From: Eledone cirrhosa
Lineage: Eukaryota
Reading direction: 5' to 3'
Assembly: GCA_964016885.1 (NCBI GenBank)
Contig: OZ024741.1
Span: forward strand, 292,640,001-292,704,000
DNA length: 64,000 nt
Program-made: the position numbers and the translations under genes
Shown here: positions 42,791 to 58,062 of the stretch, in pieces
How positions within the stretch are numbered: the first letter of the stretch is position 1
Layout of the letters: every line of letters begins with the position of its first letter
The notes under the pieces: model-generated
The model's input: only the letters and a program-made list of their open reading frames with translations
What the model was told of the DNA's origin: nothing
The model's database searches: none

Positions 42791-44129
42791 GCTGCTTATC
42801 ACTATTTAATTTTTAATCAGTTCTAATTCAGGTGTTCTCTCCCTTATATTTTTTTACAAGAATTATAACTAATGCTAATGATATTTCTTTACATTATCAC
42901 TGTAATCTCTATTGATTGGACTTTATTTCTGCCTCACTATATTACATATGTTAACCTGCACTAAAACAGCTTTTTTTCTTATAGAATAAATGTTGTTATA
43001 ATCAAACACAATACAAGCTCTCTCTCTTTTTCATCCTTTTACTTTCACCCTCTTCATTCTACCCCTTCTCTCACATTTTATTTCCCTTCTCTTTCTCTTT
43101 TTCTCATCTTTTCCCTTTCACATTCTCTCATTTACCACACCCTCACTATAACCCCTCTAACTCTAACACTCTCTCTCTCACTCTCATCCTTTTTCTTTCG
43201 TTCACTCTTTTACCACATATTCAACATAGCCCCTCTCTCTTATTCTCTCTCTTATTCTCTCTCTCTCACTCTCATCCTTTTTCTTTCATTCACTCTTCTA
43301 CCACATCTTCAATCTACCCCCTCGTTCTTATTCTCTCTCATACACACACACATACATACACACATACATACACACATATATACATACATACACACATACA
43401 TACACATACATACACACATACATACACATACACACAATTATGCTGAAGCCAACAATATATCTGGATTACATATTACCAGATTTCTGGTGGTTAACTTGAA
43501 TATTTTGGGTGATTTGTAAATGGATTTTTCATATTTAACAATGTACAGTGTAGCAAATCTAATGTACCACAGAACTGTAAGTTTGTGCATGCATCCATGC
43601 ATGTGTGTATGAGTGTGTGGTAGGGGCAGGGAGCTATGTGTGGTTGTGTCATTGTCTATGGAAATTTGTTCATGTATGCAAATATGCATGCATATATTCA
43701 TATATAATTATATACTTATCTCGCTCACTCTCTCTCTCTCACACTCTCTCTCTGTATATATGCATGTGTGTGTATATATGTATGTATAAATGTATAAATA
43801 TAAGTATGTATATATATATATATAAATATATATGTATATATATATATATAAATATATATGTATATAAATATGTATATAAATATAAATATGTATATAAATA
43901 TATATATATATAAGTGTATGCATGTGTTTGTGTGAGTATAGTTATGTATATCTCAAGGGATTATAGTATTACTATTATTATTGTTGTTGTTCTTAAAGTC
44001 ATCATCAGTAAATAGTGGGTGTGGAAGTGGGTGGGTGCATATTGTGGCTGGGTGGGAGTTGAGAGGAGCAACAAACAAACAAACCTACCATAGGAAGCTG
44101 ACAGCCTGAAAAGCTAGCACAGACAGACT

Positions 44130-44525
44130 GACAGACAGCTATACTGACATATATAGCATACACACACAAACAGCTGACACACACACACACACAAACAGCT
44201 GACACACACACACACAAACAGCTGACACACACACACACAAACAGCTGGCACACACACACACAAACATACAGACATCTATATAGGCAAATATAGCACACAC
44301 ACACACACAGCTAGCACATACATACACACAAATACCCCCCCCCCCCTACACACACAAACACCCACACACATACACACATAGCTAGCACATACATACACAC
44401 AACTAGCTCACACACACACACACACACACCTGGAACACACATACAGCTTGCACACACACACACACACACACATACACACACCTGGAACACACATACAGCT
44501 TGCACACACACACACACACACTACA
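44130..44525. repeat. (CA)n-based minisatellite (aaacagctgacacaca... units)
   Basis: Direct reading. Confidence 0.85.
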
Positions 44526-44849
44526 CATACTCACAGGGAGACAGACATATAGACAAATATAAACCCCCCCCCCCCACACACTCACAACTACCAAACACAC
44601 ACACACAACCAGGCAGACATACAGACATCTATTTAGACAGATATAGCCCACGCATACATACACAAAACTACAACATATATACATATAGACACACATATAC
44701 AGACATACAGCCGCCTATAACACAGATAGTTATACAGATATCTATAATTAGTACACACGCATACAAACAGGTATAGAACCAGATATACAGACACACACAC
44801 ATACTTTTACCCTAAAGGAATGTTCTACACTGATAATGTTTCATTTGTG

Positions 44850-44881
<32 letters not shown>

Positions 44882-44997
44882 TACTTTTCATTATATATTA
44901 TTTTTCCCCCTCTCCTGTTATCTCTATTCCAATTTGATTTGTTTATACTTTTTATTCATGTATGCATGGGTGTATGTATCTACATTTATATACATAC

Positions 44998-45066
<69 letters not shown>

Positions 45067-45135
45067 TATATATATACACACATTTATATATATCCACATA
45101 TAAAATGTATATACATATGTGTGAATATATACATT

Positions 45136-45179
<44 letters not shown>

Positions 45180-47113
45180 CACATATACAAACATATAGTT
45201 CTCTCACTATATATATATATATATATACACACATACACACACTATTCAATTTCTTTTTTTCCATCATCGATAAATTGATATTAAGTATAATAACAAGTGT
45301 TATTTCAATAAGAAAGAAGAGCAATAAGACAGAGAGTGGGGGTGGGGGGCATCTAAAACAAATATTGATTTTAGGTCCTGGAAATGGGATTGAGTTTTGA
45401 TTAGAAAGTCAGACATAGCTAAATGTTAATACAAACACAGTTTTTGTTGTTGTTCTTGGAAGAAACAGTAAAACATCAGACAAATCTTCTGGCATTTTAT
45501 TACATTTCTTTGTTCTGAGTTCAAATCCTACCATGCTCAACATTGTCTTCCATCCTTGTGCGGTCCATAAAATATCAGTTAGGGTACTAACGTTGATTTA
45601 ACCCTTTCATTGCTGTATTACAATTGAAATACACTTTATTTCAATTAATTAATAAGGGATTTCCTGCAATTAGCATTTCTTTACTAAGGTAGTAACTTAA
45701 CATGGTTCTTATATATTATGTTGGAAGATTTGAATTTAAACAGGAACCCTTTAAAATGAGTGGTTTTGTTTTATAGAACCAGAGCCAGTTTTGCCTAGTT
45801 GGTATCAAGATGGCTAATTGCCTGCAAAATATAGAGGCCTTGTGTCTAATTTAAAAGCCTCTGTAATTATAAGAATCTGATTTGTACTACACCACCAGGT
45901 GGAGAAAGATTAGGAAGAGGTCACAACCAACATTTCGTTAAATTTCCTTAGCAACTAAGCAGAAATTATGATGTTTTGAGCAAAAATATTTTTAATTTAA
46001 AGCTATCACAAGACAATATTTTGATGTGTGCTTCACCAAAACAGTGAGTGCATGACCAGACACCTTGACAACTTAAAGAGAACATTGGTTTTGAGTATGG
46101 GTTCAAGTCCCACTCATGAATGGGTTGAGTGGAAGCTGTCTGTGATTTAGCATATCTTTTGAAATGTGGTACACATTTTAAGATGTGGTACATGTTGTTT
46201 GGATATGGTACTTGTCTTTTTAGATGTGGTGTATATATATGTCCTTCGGTGCTCTTCGTTCAGGCACCACATTACTGAACAGCTAATCAAAATATCACAT
46301 ACAGATGACATCCGTCAGCCTGTGTTGGTTGATTCTACTACATTCTCTTCCCTACAGAGTTTTGGATTTTTGCCAAACTGAGAAATTATTATTATTAATT
46401 GTTTTGTTTTGTTTCAGTGTATCTTTAGTCTTTTCTCTCTTACATCAAATATTTATCTAAAGAAATCATATTTATCCATAGAAATGAGAATTTCTTTAAA
46501 TCGAATGCTATACAAAAAGCTTTAAAAAATGGTAAAGAATTTTGACTTCAATTCTATGCAAGTTATATTTTTTAGATTATTTATTCTGATTTTTATTTAT
46601 TTTTTCTTATTCTTGTTTCTAGAATGTTTTCTTTTCATTTGATATTAAGTCAATTATAATCTTCCAAAGTGACCAGCTAGGGTATTATTCACATATCTGG
46701 TACAGAGAACCTCCTCACCCACTCTATATATACTGTAGAAGCAATATGACCAAGTGGATATTGTATTTGTTTATCAACTCATAAGATATTACATTCAAAT
46801 CTACTGCATATCTTTTGTAGTGTATTTGGATAAGCAGGGAATAGACAGAGTTGTTAGAGACGTTTAGGACAAAATGTCTTACAGTATTTGTACTGACTAT
46901 CTGTGCTTATATTCCACTGATCCTTTCAAGGCAAATAAAGTACTAGTTCAGGGTGGCAGATTGAGGAAATTCTTAGAGCATTGAATGAGATGGCTTATAG
47001 TATTTATTTTGATTCTTTGCTGTGCCTACTGCTTAATGATGTTAAACATTTAGCCATTGAGATGCATGGCCTAGTGGTAAGTGTGCTGGACTAATGATTG
47101 TGGGGTCGATCAT

Positions 47114-47440
47114 GGGTTTCATTTTCTGCCACAGAATATTCCAATGTTCTTGTTGGGTAGGTTGGGTTTTATTTTCTGCCACAGAATATTCCAATGTTCT
47201 TGTTGGGTAGGTTGGGTTTCATTTTCTGCCACAGAATATTCCAATGTTCTTGTTGGGTAGGTTGGGTTTCATTTTCTGCAACAGAATATTCCAATGTTCT
47301 TGTTGGGTAGCTTGGGTTTCATTTTCTGCCACATTTTTAGTGTTGGGTTGGTTGTGTTTCACTTTCTGCCACAGAATATTCCATTTTTAGTGTTGAGTTG
47401 GTTGTGTTTCACTTTCTGCCCTGGATTACTCCATTTTTAG
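47114..47440. repeat. 50 bp minisatellite, ~4.5 near-identical plus 2 degenerate units
   Basis: 'attttctgc' at 47121, 47171, 47221, 47271, 47321. Confidence 0.9.
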
Positions 47441-48090
47441 AGTTTGCGATAACTTAACACTTAAACATATTGTATAATTGAATTGTAAACTGATACAACT
47501 TGAACATAGGCTGACTGAAGAGTTAAGTGCACTATAAATGTATCTTTATCATCATCTTCACCATCTTCACTACTGTCATTAGCATCATCATCATCCTCAT
47601 CATCTCTGTCATTGTCATCATCACTGTCCTCCTCATTATTGCCAACATTATTATCATCACTATCATTATCCTTTCCATCTTCATCAACATTATCATTATG
47701 ATCATCCATAGTATGACAATCAGCTGCTGGCAGTGGGTGGGGTGCAACACTAACACTGTCACCATTACTACTAATTCTATCATTTACACTACTACTGCTA
47801 CTACCACATACCACCACCACCACAGAAAGCAACACTATCTTCCCCTTCCACTACTACTACCACTAACACAACCACTATAGCCACCATCTGTAAATTATGT
47901 TTTCTAGTTGAATAAAACTGATGTGTCCTTGAAACATGAAAAAACCTCTGTCCATATATATATTATATATATATGGACAGAGGTTTTTATGTTATATATA
48001 CATAGTTCACAATAATAATTTAATAAATGAGAAATATAGATATGTATTCTGAAAACCATTACTAAGATGATAATATTATTATCATTGACA

Positions 48091-48277
48091 GGGCAGTGGA
48101 TTGGCAGTATCGGTAGAGGGTCGGACGCCATGCTTTGCAGCAAAGAGTTACGGCCCTTTATGGTCTGAGTTCAAATCCCGCCGAGGTTAACTTTGCCTTT
48201 CATCCTTACAGGGTCGATAAAATAAAGTACCAGTAATACACTGGGTTATTGCTTGCCTTGTGCCAAAAGTAGAAACA
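48091..48277 (+). mobile_element. Young SINE family 1 with 16 bp TSD
   Basis: A box TGGCAGTATCGG, B box GAGTTCAAATCC; TSD attattatcattgaca at 48075-48090 and 48278-48293. Confidence 0.9.
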
Positions 48278-48349
48278 ATTATTATCATTGACATTGTCAC
48301 CATCATCAAATGGCTTTATCGTTATTGTTGAAAGAACCTACACACTTTT

Positions 48350-48700
48350 TCATCATCATCATAGATCCCCAAATGCCTATGGATGCCTTCTGCAATTTCA
48401 TCCACCAGTCTAGTCCTCCATAATTCTGATCACTTCCCAGGGACTCCTGTTGATCTATGCACACATGTTGCTCATCCAGCACCTTCTTGTCCACACTCTT
48501 CTCCTGCTGTTTGGCATACATCCATATTTTACAGTGCTCATCTGTCTCAAATCCTTGGAGTCTCTTGTCCCCTGCTGCCTGGAACATGTCCATGTATTAC
48601 AGTGTTCAGCAGTCTCAAATCCATGAGGTGTCTTGCTACATGTCCAAAATATTTCAGTTTGCAATATTTTGCTATCTTCAGCAGAGATTTCAGTGCTGCT
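48350..48700 (-). mobile_element. Degenerate RTE-like LINE 3' fragment
   Basis: LKYFGHVARH and RRRVWTRRCWM-like motifs; (CAT)n tail. Confidence 0.6.
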
Positions 48701-49413
48701 GCATCAGTTTTTGTTTTTTTCTCAAACTATTCCTTATTGTTCTCCCACCTATTTCACTCACATACAGTTCCGAATGTCTTGGGCCCTTTTGGCTATGGTT
48801 CTTTTTTAGTTTTTTTGTACCTCTCACTATATTGCAGTTTTGGTGGTCTTATTCGTGCCAGTCACCAATCTGGTACTTTTCCAGACCCGCAAAGACTAGG
48901 CTTTTTTAAAAGTGGCCTTTACTTTCCTCATGGAGTTCTCAGAGTTTTTTGGGAGCTACGGGTGTCACCTATTGCTCCATCTCCCCTAGTAGTTTACCAC
49001 TGTTGGTCAAGAGTTGCTTATTCATCCGGCAGCTGCCTGCTTATAGCAACTAACCATCATATCTGGTGGCCGTATCACTATCTGCCACTTGCGTCCCTTT
49101 CTCTAGCAGAACATCTCTGCAGAGAGTTAATTGAGTAAATTATTATTTGGTAGAATAATTAGAGCATTGGACAGAATGCTACATGATATTTATTTTCGTT
49201 CTTTATGTTCTGAGGTCAAATCTTGTCCAAGTTATATTTGTCTTTCATCCTTCAAAGGTTGATAAAATAAAGTACCTATCAATTACTGGAATCAATTTGA
49301 TTAAATTAATAGTCTTGTGACTAAATTTGAAACCATTATTATTGTTGTTTTTGGAATTTGTTCTTGTGGCAAATAATTGATTATTGTTGTTATTGCTGGT
49401 GTTGTAATTAATA

Positions 49414-49485
<72 letters not shown>

Positions 49486-50642
49486 TATTGCCACTTTCAA
49501 TGTGTATTCTTTGAAAATAATTTGTAAGAAGTAACCATAATTTTTCATGCACGTACAGTTTTGGGAATTGGTTGAAAGATTGTGGTGTATTTATTGAGCA
49601 TGGCAGATGTCATGATTGCTATGTATGGGATATAGTGTTGGATGGAAGAAGGTATGTAGGTAGGTAAGTGAGTGGGAAAGTAGGTTAAGAGTTTACAAAT
49701 ATTAGAAGCTAGCTAGATAAGTAGGTAGGTGTATTGATAGGTAGGTAGATAGCTAAATAGGTAAATAAGTAGGTAGATAGGTAGATAGGTTGGTTGGTAG
49801 TTTCTTAGGAAGAGAGGGAATAAGATGGTATATTGGTATGTGGGTAAGATGGTAGGTAGGTAGGGACTTTCAGGAATATACATTCATTCGTGTTTGTGGT
49901 CGCAATTCAATTTCCGGTTGGAAACAACATCAATTAGTTTCCTTGCTAATTCACTTTGACTAATTTTGGTTAAAGTATTGATCAAATAATGACTTATAAC
50001 TCTTCATACACCACACACACTGATAAGCACACTGTTGGATATGTCACACATATATACACACAAATTTGCACATTCTTTGTAATTCTAAGACTTCTGAAAT
50101 TTGCAGCTGGTCGTGCGAGTCTGTATGTAACCATCATCCAATAGGCAAACATTTTTGACAGTATGTACTGCCATTGTTAATATTGTACTCTGTCTATGTC
50201 TACCAAAGATACACATGTATGTGTGCTGCTCACATAGACAAACACATACACTCTTGCTAGCACATGTATAAACCTGTGTACACTTTTATGTATGCATACC
50301 ATCAAGCACAAATATACACACATTCTCGCACAGATGCATTTCTATAGATGACTATTTATGCATGCATGCATACATGCCTCCCTGTGTATGAGATATGCAC
50401 ATGTTAGTGTGTTACACACATATATGCGAAGCACTTCCTTATGAATATATGAACTGATGGACTGATTTATGTATGCTAAAACCCATATCCCCCCCCCCCC
50501 ACACACACACATACATACACATGTACACACTTACATTGGCTTACAAGAGCATTCATGCGTCATCATCATTTTTTAATCTAGCAAGGAATTGGACATATAT
50601 ACCTGTGAGAAGACTATAATTATAACACACTGCTTTATCATA

Positions 50643-50681
50643 GTCTTCTGATGAAGGGAATTAGGCCCGAAATATTAGGAC
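50643..50681 (+). ncRNA. Very small hammerhead variant
   Basis: gtctt-CTGATGA-a-ggg/ccc-GAAA-ta-TT-aggac; AAATAAAA follows. Confidence 0.55.
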
Positions 50682-51196
50682 AGGTAAATAAAATAACAGG
50701 TGACACACCAATATCTTTGTTGGATGTAATTTATTCTAAAATCTGCCATCCATTTTGCATTGTCATGGCCTTCAAATAACATACTGATTTATACAATAAC
50801 ACAATGCTCCAAGCACACGATCAGGTCATCCCATAAGTAATGTGCGAAATTTCGGTCAAATTTCAAGTCAAATTTCACATTTTATCAAAAGTTTAAAATA
50901 TTCTACTGTTTACTTGCCAAAATAATTGAGTTTAGAGATGCCAGCTGAAGATTGGATATTTTCATTGTTATTGTTGTTTATTACATTCCAAAATTGTTTT
51001 CCCCCATCTCTGTTTTGTCCTTGTGTCGTCGGGGTTTTGAATCTTTATATACATATATATATAGATTTTCTGGCATGTTTACATGCTTGCATATTAGATA
51101 TGTGATTATATATTTATTCACTTTGGTGCAGTCTTGGTTACACACTCTGTATTTATACAGATATAACTTTATCATACACATTGGATGGTAGTGCAC

Positions 51197-51254
<58 letters not shown>

Positions 51255-54200
51255 CATACATGTATGTTTGAGTATTTATGTATATGTATGTCGGTCTGTA
51301 TATGTGTATACATACAGGATGTTATTCTCCATTGTGGGTGCAGTAATACTTTAGAGTCTTATTTTAATGTAAACAGTCTGCGCTGCTCTAAAAATTCTAA
51401 CATAAAAAGTAATCCCAGAAGAAATAAAATGCTCATACTGACACACCTACATACATATATACATACATATATATTAAAGACATGCATACAGACATATAGG
51501 AATAAGACACGTAAATATGTGTATGTATGTATGTCGTATATATTGCATAGACAACACACACATAAATACATATATATGTATTTATGTGAATATGTATCTT
51601 TAATTATATATATATATATATATAATACATACACACACATGAATATATAAGATAACATCCACTGAGGTTAATGAAACTGTTGAAATATATTGCAGCTAAA
51701 GTACAAACAACATTCCTAAACCATTTTACCATACACATGTAGAGAAGTAATCAAGAATTTATATCTTATTAGTTCTCTATCATACAGGTGTATAATCCTT
51801 GTTCTTAAAATGTACTTAAAAGTCAGACGCCAGCTGAGCGACAGAGAGAGAGAAAGGATTGCTTTGATAAGACAGCAAATGTCAATAGTGCTTTTGTTGT
51901 TGGTTTATTATAGTCTTTATTTTCATGTTCTTTTTATTTCATTCCATTCACACTCATGCACACATATGTGCGCATGTGTACATGTATAATGGAAACTTGC
52001 CTAAATCTACTGTAATGGACAGCTGTGTTTATGATGATGATAATCATGATGACAATGGTGATGGCAATGGTAATGATGATGATAGTGATGATGATACCAA
52101 TGGCAATGATCATGGTTTTAGTGATAACAATGTTATTGTTAATGGTGATGATGGTGTATTAACTATGCAATGAAAGTTAGGGAGGCATAACGAAAATTTT
52201 GTAAAATTCTAAAGATTACAATTTATCACTTCAAAAGTAAAATTGTATTTTCACAAAGCGTGAAATATAGATGAAAAAGAGAACGGCTCCCTTTTGATCT
52301 AAATTCCTAATGACACATTTGCCTACATTAAACAGGTATCTGTTAACATGCTTTGACATGCATACACTTGTGGAGTGATCATTGCATAAATAATTGCATA
52401 TGACAATAGATAAACTAGACTTTGGCTGAATTTGGGTCAGAATGATGAATAATTGTGAAGGTCACCTAGTATGTTTCACTCACTCTCACATTTCTGTGTG
52501 TCATGCAAAGTTGAAATGACTTAGAATCTAGCCACTCTATACCTCTCTGTGATTAGTATGCTGGTCTTAGTATCAGAACATGATGGATCAAGTACTGTGT
52601 TCTATTCACATTGCTCCTGTCTGCTCAGCTAATACATATCAGCAGTAACTTGTGGATTAGCCCTACAAATTATGAGGTGCAAAGTTTTAGGAGGACTTTG
52701 ATACCTGCACACTTGTGAACCATAATTACTTTGGTTAGTTCTAAAGGATCACACTACAGTAGAAAATTTAGTTCCTCAGACCACACTCCTAACAAATATT
52801 TTGTAGTAAACTCCAAATATATTCACATTAAATCATTTTATTAAAATATGAAAAGTAAAAAATTAGTTAAAAAAAACACATTACAGAAGAATTGAACTCA
52901 ATGTAAAATTATGTAATGATAATAATTAATATTTTAATAATAATTAATATTTTTAATTTATGCACAAGGCCAACAATTTATGGGGAGGCGAAAGTTGATT
53001 ATATATTGTAGAACCAGTTTCAGGTGGGTTAGTATCAAACTATATTTCACTGGAAAGGTTACATTTTAAAATTCAACAATTAAAATACACTTGTGTTTTT
53101 AAGATATATTTATCAAATCTTCATAATGGTAAATAATGTACTTGTTTGATATGAACAACCATCAGATACAGGTAGCCGAATTTGACTTGTAGTTATTTTA
53201 TTCAGGCCTGGAAAGACAAAAAGTCAAATCTAGTAGAATTTGTATACAAAGTGACATCATTTCTATTTCTGCACACTATCGTTGACATAGTAGTAATTAT
53301 TATAACAACACTGACACGAACTGTGGATTTTTGAAGGAGGGGGATAGTCAATTAGATTGACCCCCATCACTTGACTGGTACTTACTTTTTCATACCTGGA
53401 ATGGTTTGAGGCATGGTTCATCTAGATAAAGAGACTTAACTAAATACCACAAGAAATTTTCTTCAGTGCTTTACTAATTCTTCAATCCATAATCCTCATA
53501 TATAGATAATAGTAATCATGATTTTTAAGATTGGCAATAAGCCATATATTTTTTTGAAGCAAAGTTCATCTTGATAGGATTTCAACTCAGATTGTAAATG
53601 AACATAGCTAAATACCGTAAGGCATTTTTTCTGGTGTTCTGCCATCTAAAAACCCCCTCAATAATAATAGTAATATATATTTATTTTATTATTATTATTA
53701 TTATGGTTATGGTGGTGAGTGGCAGAATTGATAGAATACCAACAAACATGCCTCGTAATATCTAGTGATATTTTAACTCTCTGATATAAATGGGTTCTTC
53801 TTCAGTTTTGTCAATGAGTATACATCGAATGATTTGCTGAACTAACTGTTCATCCTAACAACCCTTTGTTTGGCAAGCTTTCTATGGTTGAATGCGCTTC
53901 CTATCACCAAACCCTTTACTGCATGTATTTTGTGCTTTTATTGTGTAGATCACCATCACTAGGATGCTGTCATGTCATTTACATGACTAAAGTGTCCTTC
54001 CAACCCACTTTCTGGCTGGATGTCATTCCTATCATCAACTACTTTACAACATTAAATAAAACATTCAATTTTGGGATGCAAAATGAAGCAGTAAAAATAA
54101 CCAAATCAACATATTCATGAGATCTTGAATCCAATACTCCAACTTAAGTCATCTGAATATACATTGATGTTGTTGTTGTTATTACTGAGTCTGTTGGATT

Positions 54201-55289
54201 AGCAGATATGATAGAATATTTACTTATGTCTCTGACATATTTCATACAGTGGACCTGTAACTCCTGACAGAGACATAGGGGAGATGTATTTACATACAAC
54301 ATTTATTAGACATTTTTTAAACCTGGTGGAGCCCATTCCCCACTTCATGTCTGAACATGGCCAATTTCTTTAATAGAAGAAGCAAGAGTGATAGAGAAAT
54401 GCAAATAAGATATAGAGGTAGAACTGACCTGAGTACAGGACTGATACTTTTTTTAATCGACCTTGAAAGGATGAAAGGCAAATTTGACTCCAGTGGGATT
54501 TGAACTCAGAATGCAGAGAGCTGAAAGAAAAACTGCAAAGCAATTTGTTTGATATTCTAATGAAAAAGATAATGCACTGCCTCTTAAACATTTCATAATT
54601 GTTTGCCTACATTGTTTTGGAGTCTTAAAAAAAAATAAATTGATATATATACTTTAAAGCAAACAGATTTTCGTCATAAAACTAGGGGTCGTTTCAGGTG
54701 GTTTGATATCAAGTGTTAAATTATAATATCTTAAATTATAATATCAAATGGAAATGAAATTTTTTTCCAAACCATACAACCATTCCAACAGGCCTTGTAT
54801 GCTTTTCAGATCTGAATTTGATGAAATATTGTTTTAAAATCTCTTTCATTTATCACTATCTATAACTAATGCCCACTAGTCTGTACAATTAGTTTTGAAT
54901 GTAAAAATACTTAAAACCATTTATCACATCAAAAGCTTCTTTTAATAATTTATTTTAGTATGATTATCTACATAAACCAAGGAGATGAAAATAGTTAATG
55001 AGAATGATTTCCTCTTTTTAAACATCTTTCTGAAGTTTAAAATATGATTTTACAAAAAATAAAAAAATAAAAAAATAACATACAAAACACTACTTATCTT
55101 TTTCTATCCAACTATTTTCTGAATATTTACATATATTGTGTCCCCATCCCCATCAATATTGTAGTAATTAGATTGTTCCATATGTTCCACTACTGACAAT
55201 TCAATCCCTTCTCTCTTTACTGTTTTTCCCATAAATATCTATCCCTTCATTAACTCCTAAATGTTATTATAGGCTAGTACATGCTGTTG

Positions 55290-55700
55290 TGGTCTTCTTG
55301 TACCGGTATTTCTTCAAAGTCTTGCAGCTCTCAAAAGTGGAACCATTGAAATCAAACGATTGTCACACCTGCATCAAATATCCAGAGGAATCACGAGTTG
55401 GTGGGCTGAACATTTAAAAATCTGATTGATAACCTATCTGTAGTTGATGTTGAAATAAATCACAGGATTGGGATAGATAGTTTTGCTTTGGGGAAACTCA
55501 GGAAGTTCATCTGGTCTGTGATATATTTGAGCAAAGGCAAGTGGGGCATCCTGCTGTGAAGCATTCACTCTGAAATCAAAACTCAAGTTCAGTACCTGCT
55601 GAAATCCAGCAAGAGCTGAATTGCAATCTGTGCAAACAATTTCATCAATCCAGAGCTGGAATAGCCAGCCACCTAAAGTCATATGAGCTGTGGAGAAATC
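55290..55700 (+). mobile_element. Degenerate RTE/BovB-like 3' end
   Basis: C2H2-like CNLCKQFHQSRAGIASHLKS at ~55620-55685, typical of RTE C-termini. Confidence 0.55.
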
Positions 55701-56135
55701 AACTAGCTTGTGAGATGGTTCTACTACCATGCCCCTCATGGCACACTTCTTGTATTGATTGTTGTTTTATTTGCCAGTCAGCTGGAGGCCTGAGTAGGTA
55801 TGGTAAAATGCATTAAAAAAACACAACAGAGCAGGTGATGCCGAGAGATATTGTTCAGTTTCAGATCTGTGAATGTGCTTGAAAAACAGAAGCTGGGCTG
55901 AAATATCACATGCATACACATGGCCATGTAATATTCAATGAGATGATGGGAGTCTTGACAAGAAGGAGCAATCAACATATATGTATGTATGTATCTCTGT
56001 ATATATGTATGAATGTAAATAAGACCATTGATTGCCCAAACCCATAAACAAAACACTTAGAAAGCACTGTAAATCTGCACTCACAACCCCAGCTAAATCA
56101 ACTACAACTTGCATTCCTAATTTTGTAAAACAATC

Positions 56136-56210
<75 letters not shown>

Positions 56211-56294
56211 GAATTATGCCTATGTATGCCTGTTTGTATATGATATATGATGAATGTTTTTCTGTGTATATATGATATATATATGATTCATGTA

Positions 56295-56374
<80 letters not shown>

Positions 56375-56461
56375 ATATGCAACATAGCATGTATAATTGC
56401 TGTCAACTATATATACAATTCATCATACAAACCCTTGTTAAGCCTGTTTTATTGAAGCAAA

Positions 56462-56540
56462 GGAAAATAAAAATAAAAATAAAAATAAAAATAAAAATAA
56501 AAATAAAAATAAAAATAAAAATAAAAATAAAAAAATAAAA
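56462..56540. repeat. (AAAAT/AAAATA)n repeat
   Basis: Direct reading. Confidence 0.9.
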
Positions 56541-57020
56541 AACGAATCAACAGGTAAAACAAGAAAACATCAATATTTAATTATTCATCACTGTATTGAC
56601 AATGTATTTCTGGCTGAATGGGAAGGATGGATTTGGAATAAAATGTTATTTAACCAAGATCTTGTTTTTAATAAACAGAACTATCACTATTTGATATACA
56701 CAGACACGCACAGGCATACAAATCTCTCTCTTTATTCATCTTTCTTTCTTTCCCTCTCTCTACCCCTCTCTCTTTCTCTGTATGTATGTATATATATAGC
56801 TGTGTGTATGTGTATATGTTTATAAATATACATCTATGTGTGTGTATATATATATACACACATGCATATATATGTATATTGATACACACACACCTATATG
56901 CATATATAGTTGTGTTGATATATATGTAAATATGTATATATAAATCCAAATCAATGTAACAATGAATGATAGAAATTTAATTCTGCCAGTGAAATACAGA
57001 ATATATTATATTTACATACT

Positions 57021-57093
<73 letters not shown>

Positions 57094-57704
57094 GTATGTA
57101 ACACACACGCACACACAGACACACAAATATATATATATGTGCATGTGTGCATGTGTGTGTGTATACATGTATATATAGGGAACCATGATGTAGACAGAGT
57201 ATATATATATGTTTGTGTTTATGTGTTTTTTTATTTCATCAATTGAATTAATTTTATATTGTTCATTTTTATATTGTGGCTGTTCTTTTATTGGACTTTT
57301 TCTTCATCACTGTTTACTTGTGATGTGTAATAGTAATGATGTTAATGATGCTGATACCCAAATAATTATATTTTGGGATTCTATTTTCCAAGTGTAAATA
57401 AGATCTTTCTCATTTAGAAAGATTTGCTAATTTTTTTTATAATTTACAAAATATAGGTTTTCAGTATCAAATATATTTGTTGATTTTTTTATGTATGCGT
57501 GGGAGTGTTTGTGCATGGGTATGTACTGACATTATTTCTGGGTACTTATTTCCTCTCAAATTGTAACTAGGTGGAATACAAGATGGCCAGATGGTTAAGC
57601 AGTTCATTTTGCAATCACAAGTTACTGTGTTCAAACCCACTGTATGAAATCTTGGGCAAGTGTCTTTAACATAGCTGCGGGCCAATCTAGCCCTTGTGAG
57701 GAAT

Positions 57705-58062
57705 CAGAGGTGTAACCATGGTAGGGCAAGCATAGCATATACCATGGGCATCACTTGAACTAGGAGCAATTTCTATTAATGTCAGGTAAGCTATTATTAA
57801 AGAATGAAAAAAGAAACTTCTTCAGATGTATAATCTATCTTTGATTACTCTATTTGAGAGCCTTCATGGGTCAAGTCAGTCTCGTAAAAGCAAGGAAGAC
57901 GCAGTTGTAATTTTCATGTAGTGTTTTTAATTTAAAAATTAACAAATGTGATTGGTATTTTGGGGCTGATTTTATGGTTATCTAAAAGATGGGTGTCAGA
58001 TGTTTGGTCAGGGGCAGTTTCACTGCTTGTCATAGGCACCACTTTACCTAGTTATGCCTCCG
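57705..58062. mobile_element. Possible hAT-type MITE nested in a family 2 SINE
   Basis: Imperfect TIRs cagaggtgtaac / gttatgcctccg; degraded ~8 bp TSD; SINE sequence on both sides. Confidence 0.4.

Noticed and set aside
47114-47440. CRISPR-like regular repeat
   Set aside because: Units are contiguous with no unique spacers, no cas genes, eukaryotic context
47461-47880. Asp-rich and Ile-rich ORFs
   Set aside because: Degenerate (CAT)n trinucleotide repeat
48383-49138. 251 aa plus-strand ORF
   Set aside because: Partly antisense to a decayed RTE fragment; no recognisable domain
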